DNA of 62,199 bases, the filler included, from Globobulimina sp. (Eukaryota): assembly GCA_003354225.1 (NCBI GenBank). It is 27 parts of 27 records of this genome, joined end to end, with 100 filler letters (N's around TTAATTAATTAA, not from the genome) between each part and the next. Parts side by side here need not be neighbours in the genome. Positions count along the whole stretch, not along the records: positions 1 to 2,209 come from PIVH01008179.1; positions 2,310 to 4,518 come from PIVH01008180.1; positions 4,619 to 6,827 come from PIVH01008181.1; positions 6,928 to 9,136 come from PIVH01008182.1; positions 9,237 to 11,445 come from PIVH01008183.1; 22 more parts are not named here. One strand, written 5' to 3'. The position numbers and the translations under genes were made by a program. How positions within the stretch are numbered: the first letter of the stretch is position 1; every line of letters starts with the position of its first letter. The notes under the pieces were generated by a model. The model saw only the letters and a program-made list of their open reading frames with translations. It had not been told where the DNA came from and ran no database searches. Below, one piece after another: positions 1-10,385 of this stretch.

Positions 1-248
1 CAAAACCTTGAGAAACGTTTCTATCTGCAGCGGGACAGAAGAATCGCAAAGTTCCAAAATCCCAAAAGTCTATGGATCCTAAAACATGTACGACAATGAT
101 TAGGAAAATATGTATAAATAACCCAAGGCCAAGGCAGCATTGATCGGTTGTATATAACTATAAAGTGTGAACAAATAAGTTAACAACTGACATTTTTGAG
201 TGTAGTTGTTTAATTATTTTTAGTCACACTTTACATTTAGCAACAATA

Positions 249-1907
249 ATGTCGTTGGAAGCTTGGAGACAGAAAGTATCCACAAGCGAAGGATGCAAAT
301 CATTATTCCAGTCCACCAATTTTAAAACTGATTTAACAAAATGTTTGACTCAATTACATGAACTCTCATTAAAGTCATTAGATTTGGATTGCAATGCAAT
401 TAACATGAATTTTCAAAAAGTAATTGTATTATACAGGACACTTCGAAATCTTTCGTCAATCAAATCGCAGTCTGAATGGATTATCATTGAATCTAAACTT
501 ATTTCAGATATCACTCGATTTCTGTCCACTGTGTTTGAACAATTATGTCAAATGCCATCAATATCCAATTCATCAAATGAGGAAAACGATTTTTTTGTGT
601 CATTATGTGATATTATTCGCGCAGCATTTCAAATGTTTTGTAATCTGTCCTTTCACTCATTTGACTGTGAAAAGAGGAAAAGTGTTCATGCGATTCTTTG
701 GGAACAGACAAATCCTTTTATAGTTTTATGGATTGATACATTATCAGCAGCAAAATGGATGAATGATACATTTAATGTTTTAGTTAAAACAAACATGAGT
801 CGTATTTTAGAACCGATTTGTGCTTTTTTTGATGAATTTATTGTGAATCATCCGCAGGATATTAATGATAATCAGTTCGAAATGGCAATGAAAGCAATAT
901 ATGACATTCAACTGATCGATGTTTATTGCTTTGGAAATAATAAAAAATTCTTATACCAAAAAATGGAGAATCAAGACGGTGAAAATAAGACTGATGATTT
1001 TGATGCATGGAAACATCATCGATATATTCGGCAAATAATGCCTTATTTTATAAATTCAAATGGTTTGCTATTTTATATTGATAATTTAGATAAAGAACTG
1101 ATAAAATTGCATTATTTCCAAGTTTCAGTCGAATTATTATTTGAAATGACGGAAAGTATTTTGATTGATATTAAAACAAAGAGTGGGCAGAAAAAAAAAA
1201 TCCATTTAATTCGACATTTATTAAAAAATACTTTTTTTGCATTGATAAATGTGATTCAGTATTCCTTCAAATTTGTGTTTCCCAAAATATTTGAAAAACT
1301 CATGGATAAATCCGAGGATATGATGTTGATAAATATTTGCCAGAATATTTTGGAGATACTATGCAATGTATCATTGATTTCGACCTCCATCGAGAATAAG
1401 AATGAAATGAGAAAATATCAGAATGAGTTGATGAGTCATTGTGGATTAATAATTGTGGCATCCATCAAAACGCTACAAAGCGAAGCGGATAAACTCGCAA
1501 AATATTGCAAAGAGAACAAGATTTCTGAGAATTCATTTAATCAAAAATATGGAGCAACAATTTGTAAAATATTATCGTATCGACAACAAATTACATCAAT
1601 GATTTCCACTCTATGTTGCGACAATAAATTAAATCAAGACTATGTTGCTAAAAATGGAGTGATTGAATTGTTTTTGAACATGACCAAAATTGATCGGTTT
1701 ACAATGTTTTTACAACAATGGAGCATTTTTGCAATTAAAAATATCACAAGCAATAATGTGGAGAATCAGGAATATATTCAAAGCATCAAAGCACAAAAGG
1801 TTGTACAAAATGAGCATATGAAACATTTGGGAATAAAGATAAGCTACGATGAGATCACTGGGAAAATTGCAACGGAAAAAAAGACACAGGATCGGGATCC
1901 AAACTGA
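249..1907 (+). CDS. ATXN10: Ataxin-10 family ARM-repeat protein
   Basis: 552-aa ORF; C-terminus NQDYVAKNGVIELFLNMTKIDRFTMFLQQWSIFAIKNITSNNVENQEYIQSIKAQ...HLGI matches the ataxin-10 C-terminal domain consensus. Confidence 0.8.
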   Translation: MSLEAWRQKVSTSEGCKSLFQSTNFKTDLTKCLTQLHELSLKSLDLDCNAINMNFQKVIVLYRTLRNLSSIKSQSEWIIIESKLISDITRFLSTVFEQLCQMPSISNSSNEENDFFVSLCDIIRAAFQMFCNLSFHSFDCEKRKSVHAILWEQTNPFIVLWIDTLSAAKWMNDTFNVLVKTNMSRILEPICAFFDEFIVNHPQDINDNQFEMAMKAIYDIQLIDVYCFGNNKKFLYQKMENQDGENKTDDFDAWKHHRYIRQIMPYFINSNGLLFYIDNLDKELIKLHYFQVSVELLFEMTESILIDIKTKSGQKKKIHLIRHLLKNTFFALINVIQYSFKFVFPKIFEKLMDKSEDMMLINICQNILEILCNVSLISTSIENKNEMRKYQNELMSHCGLIIVASIKTLQSEADKLAKYCKENKISENSFNQKYGATICKILSYRQQITSMISTLCCDNKLNQDYVAKNGVIELFLNMTKIDRFTMFLQQWSIFAIKNITSNNVENQEYIQSIKAQKVVQNEHMKHLGIKISYDEITGKIATEKKTQDRDPN

Positions 1908-2209
1908 GTTTATTATTCTGATCATGAGGAAAAGTATACATATCCTTGCCATGATTGCTGTTTTATACAAGCCGTTAGAATTAATACTTAATTATAACCC
2001 GTCTCACCAATACAGGCAGCAAAATAATTTTATTTGCAAAAATATTTCATTTTACCATAATATCGCGAATAGTCGATACACATAATCTTTTGCATCACGT
2101 ACTGGCCAATAAAGTGGCCATATTCCGTGGGGGTTATCGTGATGGAGGTTTTAATTGTTAATGGCTACATACGAAAAGTTCAAAAAACAATTAAACAGAA
2201 AATCATTCC

Positions 2210-2309
2210 NNNNNNNNNNNNNNNNNNNNNNNNNNNNNNNNNNNNNNNNNNNNTTAATTAATTAANNNNNNNNNNNNNNNNNNNNNNNNNNNNNNNNNNN
2301 NNNNNNNNN
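2210..2309. other. Artificial contig spacer (first of 26; others start at 4519, 6828, 9137, 11446, 13755, 16063, 18371, 20679, 22987, 25295, 27603, 29911, 32219, 34526, 36833, 39140, 41446, 43752, 46058, 48364, 50670, 52976, 55282, 57588, 59894)
   Basis: Identical N44-TTAATTAATTAA-N44 block (stops in all six frames) recurring every ~2.3 kb; the intervening pieces shrink monotonically from 2209 to 2206 bp. Confidence 0.99.
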
Positions 2310-3515
2310 AGACACGCAGATTTTGCTAACTTGGGAAGATATTTGAAGGAATGGGTGGATATATTTGGTATTTTTTGTGACTTTGTCTCTCCGCAAATAT
2401 ATCATGGTATCAGTCAAATATTATACTTTTCGGAATGTGCTGCGATCTTTAAAGGACCATTAAGTACAACTGAATCTATTTCAGTTGCTTTGAATTTTGC
2501 AAATCAAGGTTTAATTTTGGAATTGAAGCAATTTCAATCATCCATGCAAGCAGGTTATTTTAGCTGTAGTTGGCTGAGTGATTTCGCCAATGAATTGGAA
2601 AGATTTTGGATTGGCAATTATAGTCCGTTGCATATAGTTAATATTGTTAATGTTTCTGGTGATGATATAGTAAATTATCGACCATATATTAATGTGTTAA
2701 ATATGATTGAACATTTTATATCTGGTCAATGGTTTGATTATGAGCCAAATGAACGAATTATAAAATGTTGCAGAGATTTAATTGAAAATGAATTGCATCG
2801 TTATTTTGCAAATACATTTAGAAAATATGTTGCTTTGCCAGCATATGTAACCAATTTATTTCATTTATATTGTCAACAGACTGTGAGAAATGTTGCCATT
2901 AATATTCGAACTTTAAGAGATTCTGACGCTGCTTCGGATAAATGTAACAAAAAACCATTCAAAGGATATCCGTTTCTTCGCGATTTGATGTTGACAAATA
3001 ATTTGCAGTGGATAAATGGCACTCATTTAATGGCTTTATTTCCGTTGATGGAAGAACTAAATATTGAAAGCGTTGAATTAAATGACTTTGTTTTTGAAGC
3101 TATATTAAACACTGTAAAGTCTTGCGAAACATTAAAAGAGATCAAATTAATATTTCCCAAACAAGATAGAATGTCATCTATGGCTGCAGTCAAAAAATAC
3201 AGCGAAGAATTTGCTAAATTAAAATGGTGGATATATGAAGAAATCAATTCAACTGAAGATTGTATCATAATGGAGAAACATGCGAATGTGAATGATGCAG
3301 ATAACCTATTTTCAATCCATGGTATGATCGAAGAAGGTTGTACGAGATTGCAAGTGAATGAAGAGTCATCTTTCAAACACATAATGTTTGTTGGACAAAA
3401 TATGGGTGGCGGCTGTTATTATTATAAAGATAAGGTTTATAGTCTACGACATGGACTGCAAAAATTAAAATCTAAAATTAGAAAATACAAACTGATAAGA
3501 AAAACAAAACAATAA
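2310..3515 (+). CDS. Hypothetical protein with ADP-ribosyltransferase-like motifs (5' partial)
   Basis: Open from contig start; YHG...GPLSTT...VALNFA..GLILEL...SWLSDFANELERF parallels the R-STS-ExE ART core. Confidence 0.55.
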   Translation, partial: RHADFANLGRYLKEWVDIFGIFCDFVSPQIYHGISQILYFSECAAIFKGPLSTTESISVALNFANQGLILELKQFQSSMQAGYFSCSWLSDFANELERFWIGNYSPLHIVNIVNVSGDDIVNYRPYINVLNMIEHFISGQWFDYEPNERIIKCCRDLIENELHRYFANTFRKYVALPAYVTNLFHLYCQQTVRNVAINIRTLRDSDAASDKCNKKPFKGYPFLRDLMLTNNLQWINGTHLMALFPLMEELNIESVELNDFVFEAILNTVKSCETLKEIKLIFPKQDRMSSMAAVKKYSEEFAKLKWWIYEEINSTEDCIIMEKHANVNDADNLFSIHGMIEEGCTRLQVNEESSFKHIMFVGQNMGGGCYYYKDKVYSLRHGLQKLKSKIRKYKLIRKTKQ

Positions 3516-4070
3516 ACAATAACTTCATGCTATATAATATTATATGCGTTATTATGTAATATATCTGATATGCGTTTTTCGGTTTTGTTCGTGTTTTAAA
3601 CCTTGTATTGACGGTTTGCACTCTTCAATAAACTGCTAAACACTGGCTCAGTGCAAACCGGCTCAGTGAATCAAGACGTTTTCCGAATGCCTCGAATGAC
3701 TCGGTGAACAGTGTCCATGCATAACTTGAATCATTTCGCGGATCTCAACCATGCAATTTGAATTATTGACAAATGGATAAAAATAGAGAAATAGAAATAG
3801 AAAAAGTATTATAATATTAGAAGCTTTAAGATAGCTATACAAAAAATAAATGTTATACAGAAGATAGAAAATAATATATAATAGTTGTTATAATGTCACA
3901 CATTGTAATTTTGTATACCAATACATTTTGAACAATTAACTTGCGATGCTTTGTCATAATCATGATCGGATTGATAATGCGTTTTGATGTACCATTTAAA
4001 CAATGGATGTTAGCAACAGATCTATTACAGAGAAGAAAGGAACTTTTCTTTGCATTGGATTGCTCCTCAG

Positions 4071-4207
4071 ACTCGAATAGTGACGGAAGCTACCATTACA
4101 GCAATGACAATGGGTCTACTTACCACAACAATGGTAGCGGAAGTTCTACATACACATCTCCCTCTGGTGAGAGCCACTCGTCTTCTTCCTCCTCTGGCAA
4201 GAAGTAA
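4071..4207 (+). CDS. Last exon of a small fungal-type Ser/Gly/Asn/Tyr-rich protein
   Basis: After an acceptor (tgctcctcag) it reads (Y)SNSDGSYHYSNDNGSTYHNNGSGSSTYTSPSG..., resembling a conserved small fungal protein; local GC is higher than the flank. Confidence 0.6.
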
Positions 4208-4618
4208 GCTTTTGCTCGTGGCATCAAATGGCATTGGATATTCTCTCTAGACTCTCGTCGCAGTGCTCGCAAGCATGAAATATGTTCGCTTTCGTGAGCT
4301 ACCACATTCTCAAATTTTGAGCTACCAATAACGCACCATGTGTAGCTAGCTACCTAGCCAGTCGTAGCTGTTGTAAAATTAGGAATGATTTATTATATAC
4401 CTTACTCATATTTACGAATAAAATCCATGATGAAACTTCGGAACGCTTGAGGCTGAGCGTGATGGAATTCAGAATTCAGTTTCCCTTTTAGAAGCAATAG
4501 GTACGATACTACTATGGANNNNNNNNNNNNNNNNNNNNNNNNNNNNNNNNNNNNNNNNNNNNTTAATTAATTAANNNNNNNNNNNNNNNNNNNNNNNNNN
4601 NNNNNNNNNNNNNNNNNN

Positions 4619-6827
4619 CCAATGTAGGCGGTTGTAGTTATAGGGGGCACACAGTTGAATTTCCATCCATTACCAATGCGACAGCAACCGAAATTTATGT
4701 GTTGGTGGTTACAAATTTTGCCAATGTTTTGTAGGATATCTCATTTTCTGCTTTTCCAACGAGTACTGTATTTACGGATTGTTCAAATGTGACAATAACA
4801 AGAAATCCAACAGCCACTCCCACTCAGTCTACAACCACACCAACACAGACACCGACGCAAAACCCAACGACTACGGAGCCAACAGTTAATCCAACCACTT
4901 CTTTATCCCCAACAGGTTCACCAACTACATCAGAACCAACCAGCACAACCATTGCGACAACAACGGATACGCCAACTACTAATCCAACCACATCCGAGCC
5001 AACAACCACTACTCAACCAACAGCTAATCCAACCGCAACACTTTCAACCACCTCAGAGTCACCAACTACAATTATGCCTACTACGACACAACCGACTACT
5101 TCACAGCCAACCACTACGACTACAATTGTGCAAGATTGCGAGTATGAGTTTAATGGACCGTTCACATTAACCGATGACAATAAATTAGGTGATGTTACTG
5201 TTGCGGCAGTGATGGAGATAAGTTTTACGCTCACATTAGACTCGCAATGCAATGCAACAACCTGTCATATTTTTAGGATTGGAGAAAATGGAGAATTGCA
5301 GCATGTGCCATTGATTTCAATTATTGGGCCTGACAATGATTTGCGTATTTCGTATTCGGACACAACCGGACCTAATGCGGGCACAGTAATTAGTGATGAT
5401 ACGCTTAGACAGGATATGTTTGATCGAAATCCGCATAGATATTATTTTACATTCTCGCCACGCGAAAGAATATTTATATTTGATGGTGTTACATATTTAC
5501 ATAAAACTGATCAAATGTATGACAGTTCAAAATATGATGGCGAAACCTATTCATTATTTGTTGTGGATAAAACAACTGAATTTGGTGAAGCTGTGTTGGA
5601 TGGCATTATCGAAGATATATGCATTAATCCAAATGGTTTTGATACGGAATCGCCGACCACTACCACTACCACACAACAACCAACATTTGATCCAACTACA
5701 ACGGCGCCACCAACACCACGAGTAACTACTGGACCATGTAGTGGTGATGGATGCTCTCCAAATGGAAATACAATTGATATCGCAGTATTCTTTTCATTTT
5801 ATTCCGCAGTTTCCTACAATTTGAACAATATGGAATGTTTTATATATAACGTGTTTGAATCTGCTGGATATGGGTCACTCGATGAGTTTTGTGCCAATGA
5901 GATTGAAGTAGTTGAAGTTAACGGTGGAATGGCAGATTATGATATGTGTGATGTTGGTCCGTGCTTATGGAGTACAGCCAGACGGTTATTACAAAGCAGT
6001 GGAGGCAATATGACAATGATTATAACTACCAATGATACGGATATATGTACGATTATCGATGCTATAGCAGGCACAATAGAGCCACAAATGGAGGATGCAT
6101 TTAAAGATTATTTTGGTATTGAATTGGATGTAACGGTAGTCATTGATTGTGATACCTCTACGCCTACGGTTGCTCCAATTACCTTGGTTCCTACGACAAA
6201 ATCACCGACTATTCCAGAACCGACATCTCATGATCATCCAACCACAACACAGCCAACAGTATCTGCAGAACCAACTGTACAAACTCCCACTAGAGCGCCA
6301 ACAGAATCACCTGTCACATCACAACCAACAACAGTCTCCCACTACCACGACAGCGCAACCAACCACATCTACTCCAACGAGTGCACCAACGCCAGCTACC
6401 ACCAATGTTGAAATATGCGAAGAGATGGAGGAGATTTGCACTGATGAAGGATTTACATTTAGTGCAGAAAAATCTCATCCAATAAATGATGCTCGTAACT
6501 CGGCACCACAGCATGATTGGGATTGTTTATTGAAAGCCAGGAATCCCACATGGTATTATATGGAAATCACTTCGCATACTGTTGATTTAACGGGTGATTT
6601 ATATATGCAATTAAGTGCTGATAATGATGTTGATTTTATTATTTGGGGACCTTATGATGATTTAGATGCTGCAATGCAAACTTGTTTGACTGGCCATGCC
6701 AATGTAGCCAGTTGTAGTTACAGTGGACACACAGTTGAATTTCCATCCATTATCAATGCGACAGCAGGTCAAGTGTACTTATTAGTGATTACAAATTATG
6801 CAAACATTGTACAAGACATACCATTTT
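4619..6827 (+). pseudogene. Thr/Pro-rich mucin-like surface protein with a repeated Cys module; carries an in-frame TAG and a frameshift (partial at both ends)
   Basis: PTT repeats; module CSY.GHTVEFPSI.NAT..++Y+LV+TN+AN occurs at 4619-4790 and 6410-6827; TAG at 4732-4734; frame change near 6330. Confidence 0.6.
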
Positions 6828-6927
6828 NNNNNNNNNNNNNNNNNNNNNNNNNNNNNNNNNNNNNNNNNNNNTTAATTAATTAANNNNNNNNNNNNNNNNN
6901 NNNNNNNNNNNNNNNNNNNNNNNNNNN

Positions 6928-8650
6928 AGTCATTAATTGGATCATTTTGATTTAAACGTTTATTGAGGAATTTGAATTTATTAAAATAAACTGTTTTAGT
7001 TTTTTCTTTGTTCATTTGGAGGTTAAAATTATTGACCATAGTCCAGAAATCATCCAATTTGGTTCTCGACAATGCATCGGATAGTCCGTTGGAGGATGAT
7101 GAAGTCCAATCAATCCAAACTAAGAAGCGGCACTCCAGCATTAAATGGCACAGTTCATATATAAATAACATTAAGTTATAGGAATGGGACCATTTACGTT
7201 TGAATGCGTAGAAAACAGATTCGTTATCAACAAATAAATGAACTGTTTTGCCCGAGAGATAATATCGGAATGTATAGAGTGCTGATAACATGACATGGGC
7301 CTCTTTTTGATTGATATGCCATTCCTTGGTATGGTCTGCAGTAAATTCATAATGCGACCAATAACCACCCATTACAAAACCACCATTGGTGGAGGAGGCA
7401 TCTGTGGAGGCCGAGATTGTCATTTTCTTTGTCATTAATATTTCGGACATAGGAACGGATAGGATTTGATCCGCAAAATAATACCAATATCGCAAATCAT
7501 TGATTATTGACAGCGGGAGTATAAAATGATGGTTTTTTGGATATTTGCCCGAGCGAATATTGGTATGGATGAATTGGAGGAGATTCCAACATAATGCTTT
7601 TGTTGGTTGTTTTAATTGGGCCCAATGCATAATTGTGCCACATATGGATTCTAAGGCTGCTCCTGTTATGACTCTATATTGCATTGTATATAGGAGCAAC
7701 TGTTTAAAATTATGGTATTTGACAGGCGGTATTCCAATCATTTTGGTTTTCAAATCAAAGGAAATACCATATAACACTGCAGATTGACACGCATGAATAA
7801 AGCCTGACTCTTTTAGCGAAACTTGAACGTTTAGCGCTTTCATCAATGCGTCAAATCGTTTTTCCATTTCAATGCAGTCCGCTTCTTTAACCGCCCCAAG
7901 CACAAAGTCATCAATGTGCACAAGGGAGTGACCGCGCCAATTTTTATCAAAAATTCTATTGTCAAGTATCCAGATCAATATTTGCGCAAAATATTGGGAA
8001 TTTGCCGGTGCAGAGGCTACGCCATATGGTTGTTTTCTATCACGCCACACCAAACCAAAAAGGGAGTAACAAATATAGTCACTGTCTTCCTCACATAATC
8101 CAATTTGGCGAAAAAAATCAGACAAATCTCGAATTGCAAAGAAATTGCAATCAATCAATGTTTTGATATATTTTTTTAAGTTTGGTAGTGAGGGTATTTT
8201 ACATTTGATTGGGCGGATTAATTCATTTATGGAGGAGGTTGATTCGGTTTTAAATGAACCGTTTCTGATCACGCGGAACTTGGTGTATTTCCCTTGTCCG
8301 TCTTTCTTCGGGGTACAGAAGATCATAATCATATATTTGGGGGTACCAAAAAATGGTTCAATCTGACCATTTTCAGCTTCACTTATCATTTTATCGAGTA
8401 TCGCCAAGGTTTCTTGAGGTGTATTGGCAATATTCGAGATTTTTGTGGATAATTTGTTATGAATGATATGAGATTGTTGTTGTTGTTTTGATTGGAAATG
8501 TGTTTTTAACCACAATGGAAATCCGACTTTGATCCATTTTATATCAGATTTTCCTTTTGGTTTTCCTTTCAAATATTTCTCAAATAGAGGGATATTAAAT
8601 TGGTTGTGATATTTAGATGGTTCATTATGGAGTTGTGTGAAACGACACAA
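6928..8650 (-). CDS. Reverse transcriptase-RNase H of DIRS/Ngaro type (3' partial)
   Basis: RDLSDFFRQI, QPYGVASAP, HIDDF RT motifs; TDAS, HINQKE, FVDN, NGLSDALSR RNase H motifs. Confidence 0.9.
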
Positions 8651-8899
8651 CTTCTTTCCGAGAGCTGCGGCGAATTTTGGGTTAAATTCTAAATATAAAC
8701 AAGCAAAAACCTCTTAGTCACTATGTAACTTTGGCCACAAGGATGGGAGAGGGAGCTTGAGAGAGAGAAGGAGTATATGACGGTTCCTCATTCACGCTAG
8801 GAATGGGTTTTATAAATAAAATAATAGTCGCACATGCATGTAATAGTCACACATATGGATTGACAACGAACGTATGTAATAGTCACACATTCATAAAGG

Positions 8900-9136
8900 T
8901 CAAAATTTAATTTCATTGAATTTCTCAATGTATTTCTTATAAATATTTGGTTTTGATTTTGCCACTTCACAGGCTTTAAATGGATGATCTTGGTCGGGAT
9001 GGAAGGCGCAAATATGTCGAAATCGAGCTTGCGGCCCAGTTCCGCATAAATTGCGCGGATTGCTACATTTCCCCAATGCGAATTTAAATACACACATCTC
9101 AGTCGGGCACGAGGTGCCATATTCTGCAACACATTC
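8900..9136 (-). CDS. C-terminal end of retroelement ORF1/Gag with Cys/His knuckle (5' partial)
   Basis: CVFKFALGKC...C.....RFRHICAFHPDQDHPFKAC, just upstream of the RT ORF. Confidence 0.6.
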   Translation of the reverse strand, partial: ECVAEYGTSCPTEMCVFKFALGKCSNPRNLCGTGPQARFRHICAFHPDQDHPFKACEVAKSKPNIYKKYIEKFNEIKF

Positions 9137-9236
9137 NNNNNNNNNNNNNNNNNNNNNNNNNNNNNNNNNNNNNNNNNNNNTTAATTAATTAANNNNNNNN
9201 NNNNNNNNNNNNNNNNNNNNNNNNNNNNNNNNNNNN

Positions 9237-10118
9237 ACATTAATGACTTTTTACGGGAATTGTAAGGATATTGAGAACGCATTAAATATTTTTAACTCCA
9301 TTGCAGATAATAAGCATAGCATAATTACTATTTGTTGTATGATGGATGTATTTGTGAAAAATAATTATAATTCGCAATGTGTTCAGTTGTTTAAAGACTA
9401 TGTATTGAATAATGAGCATAAGCATATCACAGCAAATGTTATATGTTATTCCATATTATTTACTGGCTGTATCAATGGTGATATGTTTGAGTTTGGTAAA
9501 GAAATACATGAAACACTAAAAAATGATTATGATGCGATATTGAATGATGTTTCAATCATCGCTATTTTAATAAATATGTATGGTAAATGTGGTATGATTC
9601 ATGTCTCAAAAGATTTATTTGACCAACATGCCAATGATAATAATATTTTATTATACAATGCCATGTTGAATGTGTATGGGATCAATGGAGAATTTGAAAC
9701 AGTGAACAGTTTATTTACGACAATGTGTGAGAATGATAAAATAAATGTGATATCCGACACTTATTCTATATTATTTTCAGGCTGCAGTCATTTCGGAAAT
9801 GTTTCTCAAGCAAAAGAGATTTGGAATAATGTTATTACAGATGATGACATTAAATATGATTGTTATGTGGTGACCAGTTTTATTGATTGTTTGTCACGGA
9901 ATGGAGAATTAAATGAAGCCATTAAATATATTGAAATGTATGAAGGTTATAAAGATAATAAAGTTGATCATATTATGTGGATGAGTGTATTGAGTGCGTG
10001 TAAGACATTTAAGTATAATGAGTTTGGAAAATATGCATATCAAGAATATATAAACAGATTTGGTCATAATAAAGTATATCGGAAAAAATTGCAATCTGTT
10101 TCTGCATTTGCAAGCTGA
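9237..10118 (+). CDS. Pentatricopeptide-repeat protein, PLS/E-like (5' partial)
   Basis: LINMYGKCG, YNAMLNVYGING, TYSILFSGCSHFG, FIDCLSRNGELNEA, MWMSVLSACK motifs. Confidence 0.85.
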   Translation, partial: TLMTFYGNCKDIENALNIFNSIADNKHSIITICCMMDVFVKNNYNSQCVQLFKDYVLNNEHKHITANVICYSILFTGCINGDMFEFGKEIHETLKNDYDAILNDVSIIAILINMYGKCGMIHVSKDLFDQHANDNNILLYNAMLNVYGINGEFETVNSLFTTMCENDKINVISDTYSILFSGCSHFGNVSQAKEIWNNVITDDDIKYDCYVVTSFIDCLSRNGELNEAIKYIEMYEGYKDNKVDHIMWMSVLSACKTFKYNEFGKYAYQEYINRFGHNKVYRKKLQSVSAFAS

Positions 10119-10214
10119 ATTGATTTGTTTTTCCGAAATTATAATGAGATTTTCTACAAAGATTTATAAAGATTTTTAAGAAACCAAATCCTACTCTCGT
10201 ACTAGTCAACCATC

Positions 10215-10385
10215 ATGAAAGGATTTGGAGTGCCTAGAAAGAAACCACCGACAGAAGAAGAATATTTTACAGATCTGCAAAGAAAAATAGTCTATTTCAC
10301 TGTATTCCTTGTTGCTATCATTGCCGCACCACATATAATCGACAAAATTCAAGATCGACTACCTTCTCAACAGTTATGTAATTAA
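10215..10385 (+). CDS. 56-aa single-TM protein, Tom5-like (below the ORF-track cutoff)
   Basis: MKGFGVPRKKPPTEEEYFTDLQRKIVYFTVFLVAIIAAPHIIDKIQ...; catcATG start context; TM segment with a Pro near the C-terminus. Confidence 0.5.
   Translation: MKGFGVPRKKPPTEEEYFTDLQRKIVYFTVFLVAIIAAPHIIDKIQDRLPSQQLCN

Larger units (their letters stand above)
6928..9136 (-). mobile_element. DIRS/Ngaro-type (tyrosine-recombinase) retrotransposon fragment
   Basis: Gag-like Cys/His C-terminus followed by RT and DIRS-type RNase H in the expected order; both ends run off the contig. Confidence 0.85.

Noticed and set aside
3612-3668. 11-bp inverted repeat CGGTTTGCACT/AGTGCAAACCG with GGCTCAGTG direct repeat
   Set aside because: Too short, no TSD or RNA-family features; could not be assigned.
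4824-5252. Val/Gly-rich antisense ORFs (also 31076-31330 and most short overlapping ORFs in the track)
   Set aside because: Shadow frames of Thr/Pro repeats or of real genes on the other strand.
8797-9132. 111-aa minus-strand ORF upstream of RT
   Set aside because: The overlapping frame 8900-9136 carries the Gag-like Cys/His motif and is the more credible coding frame.
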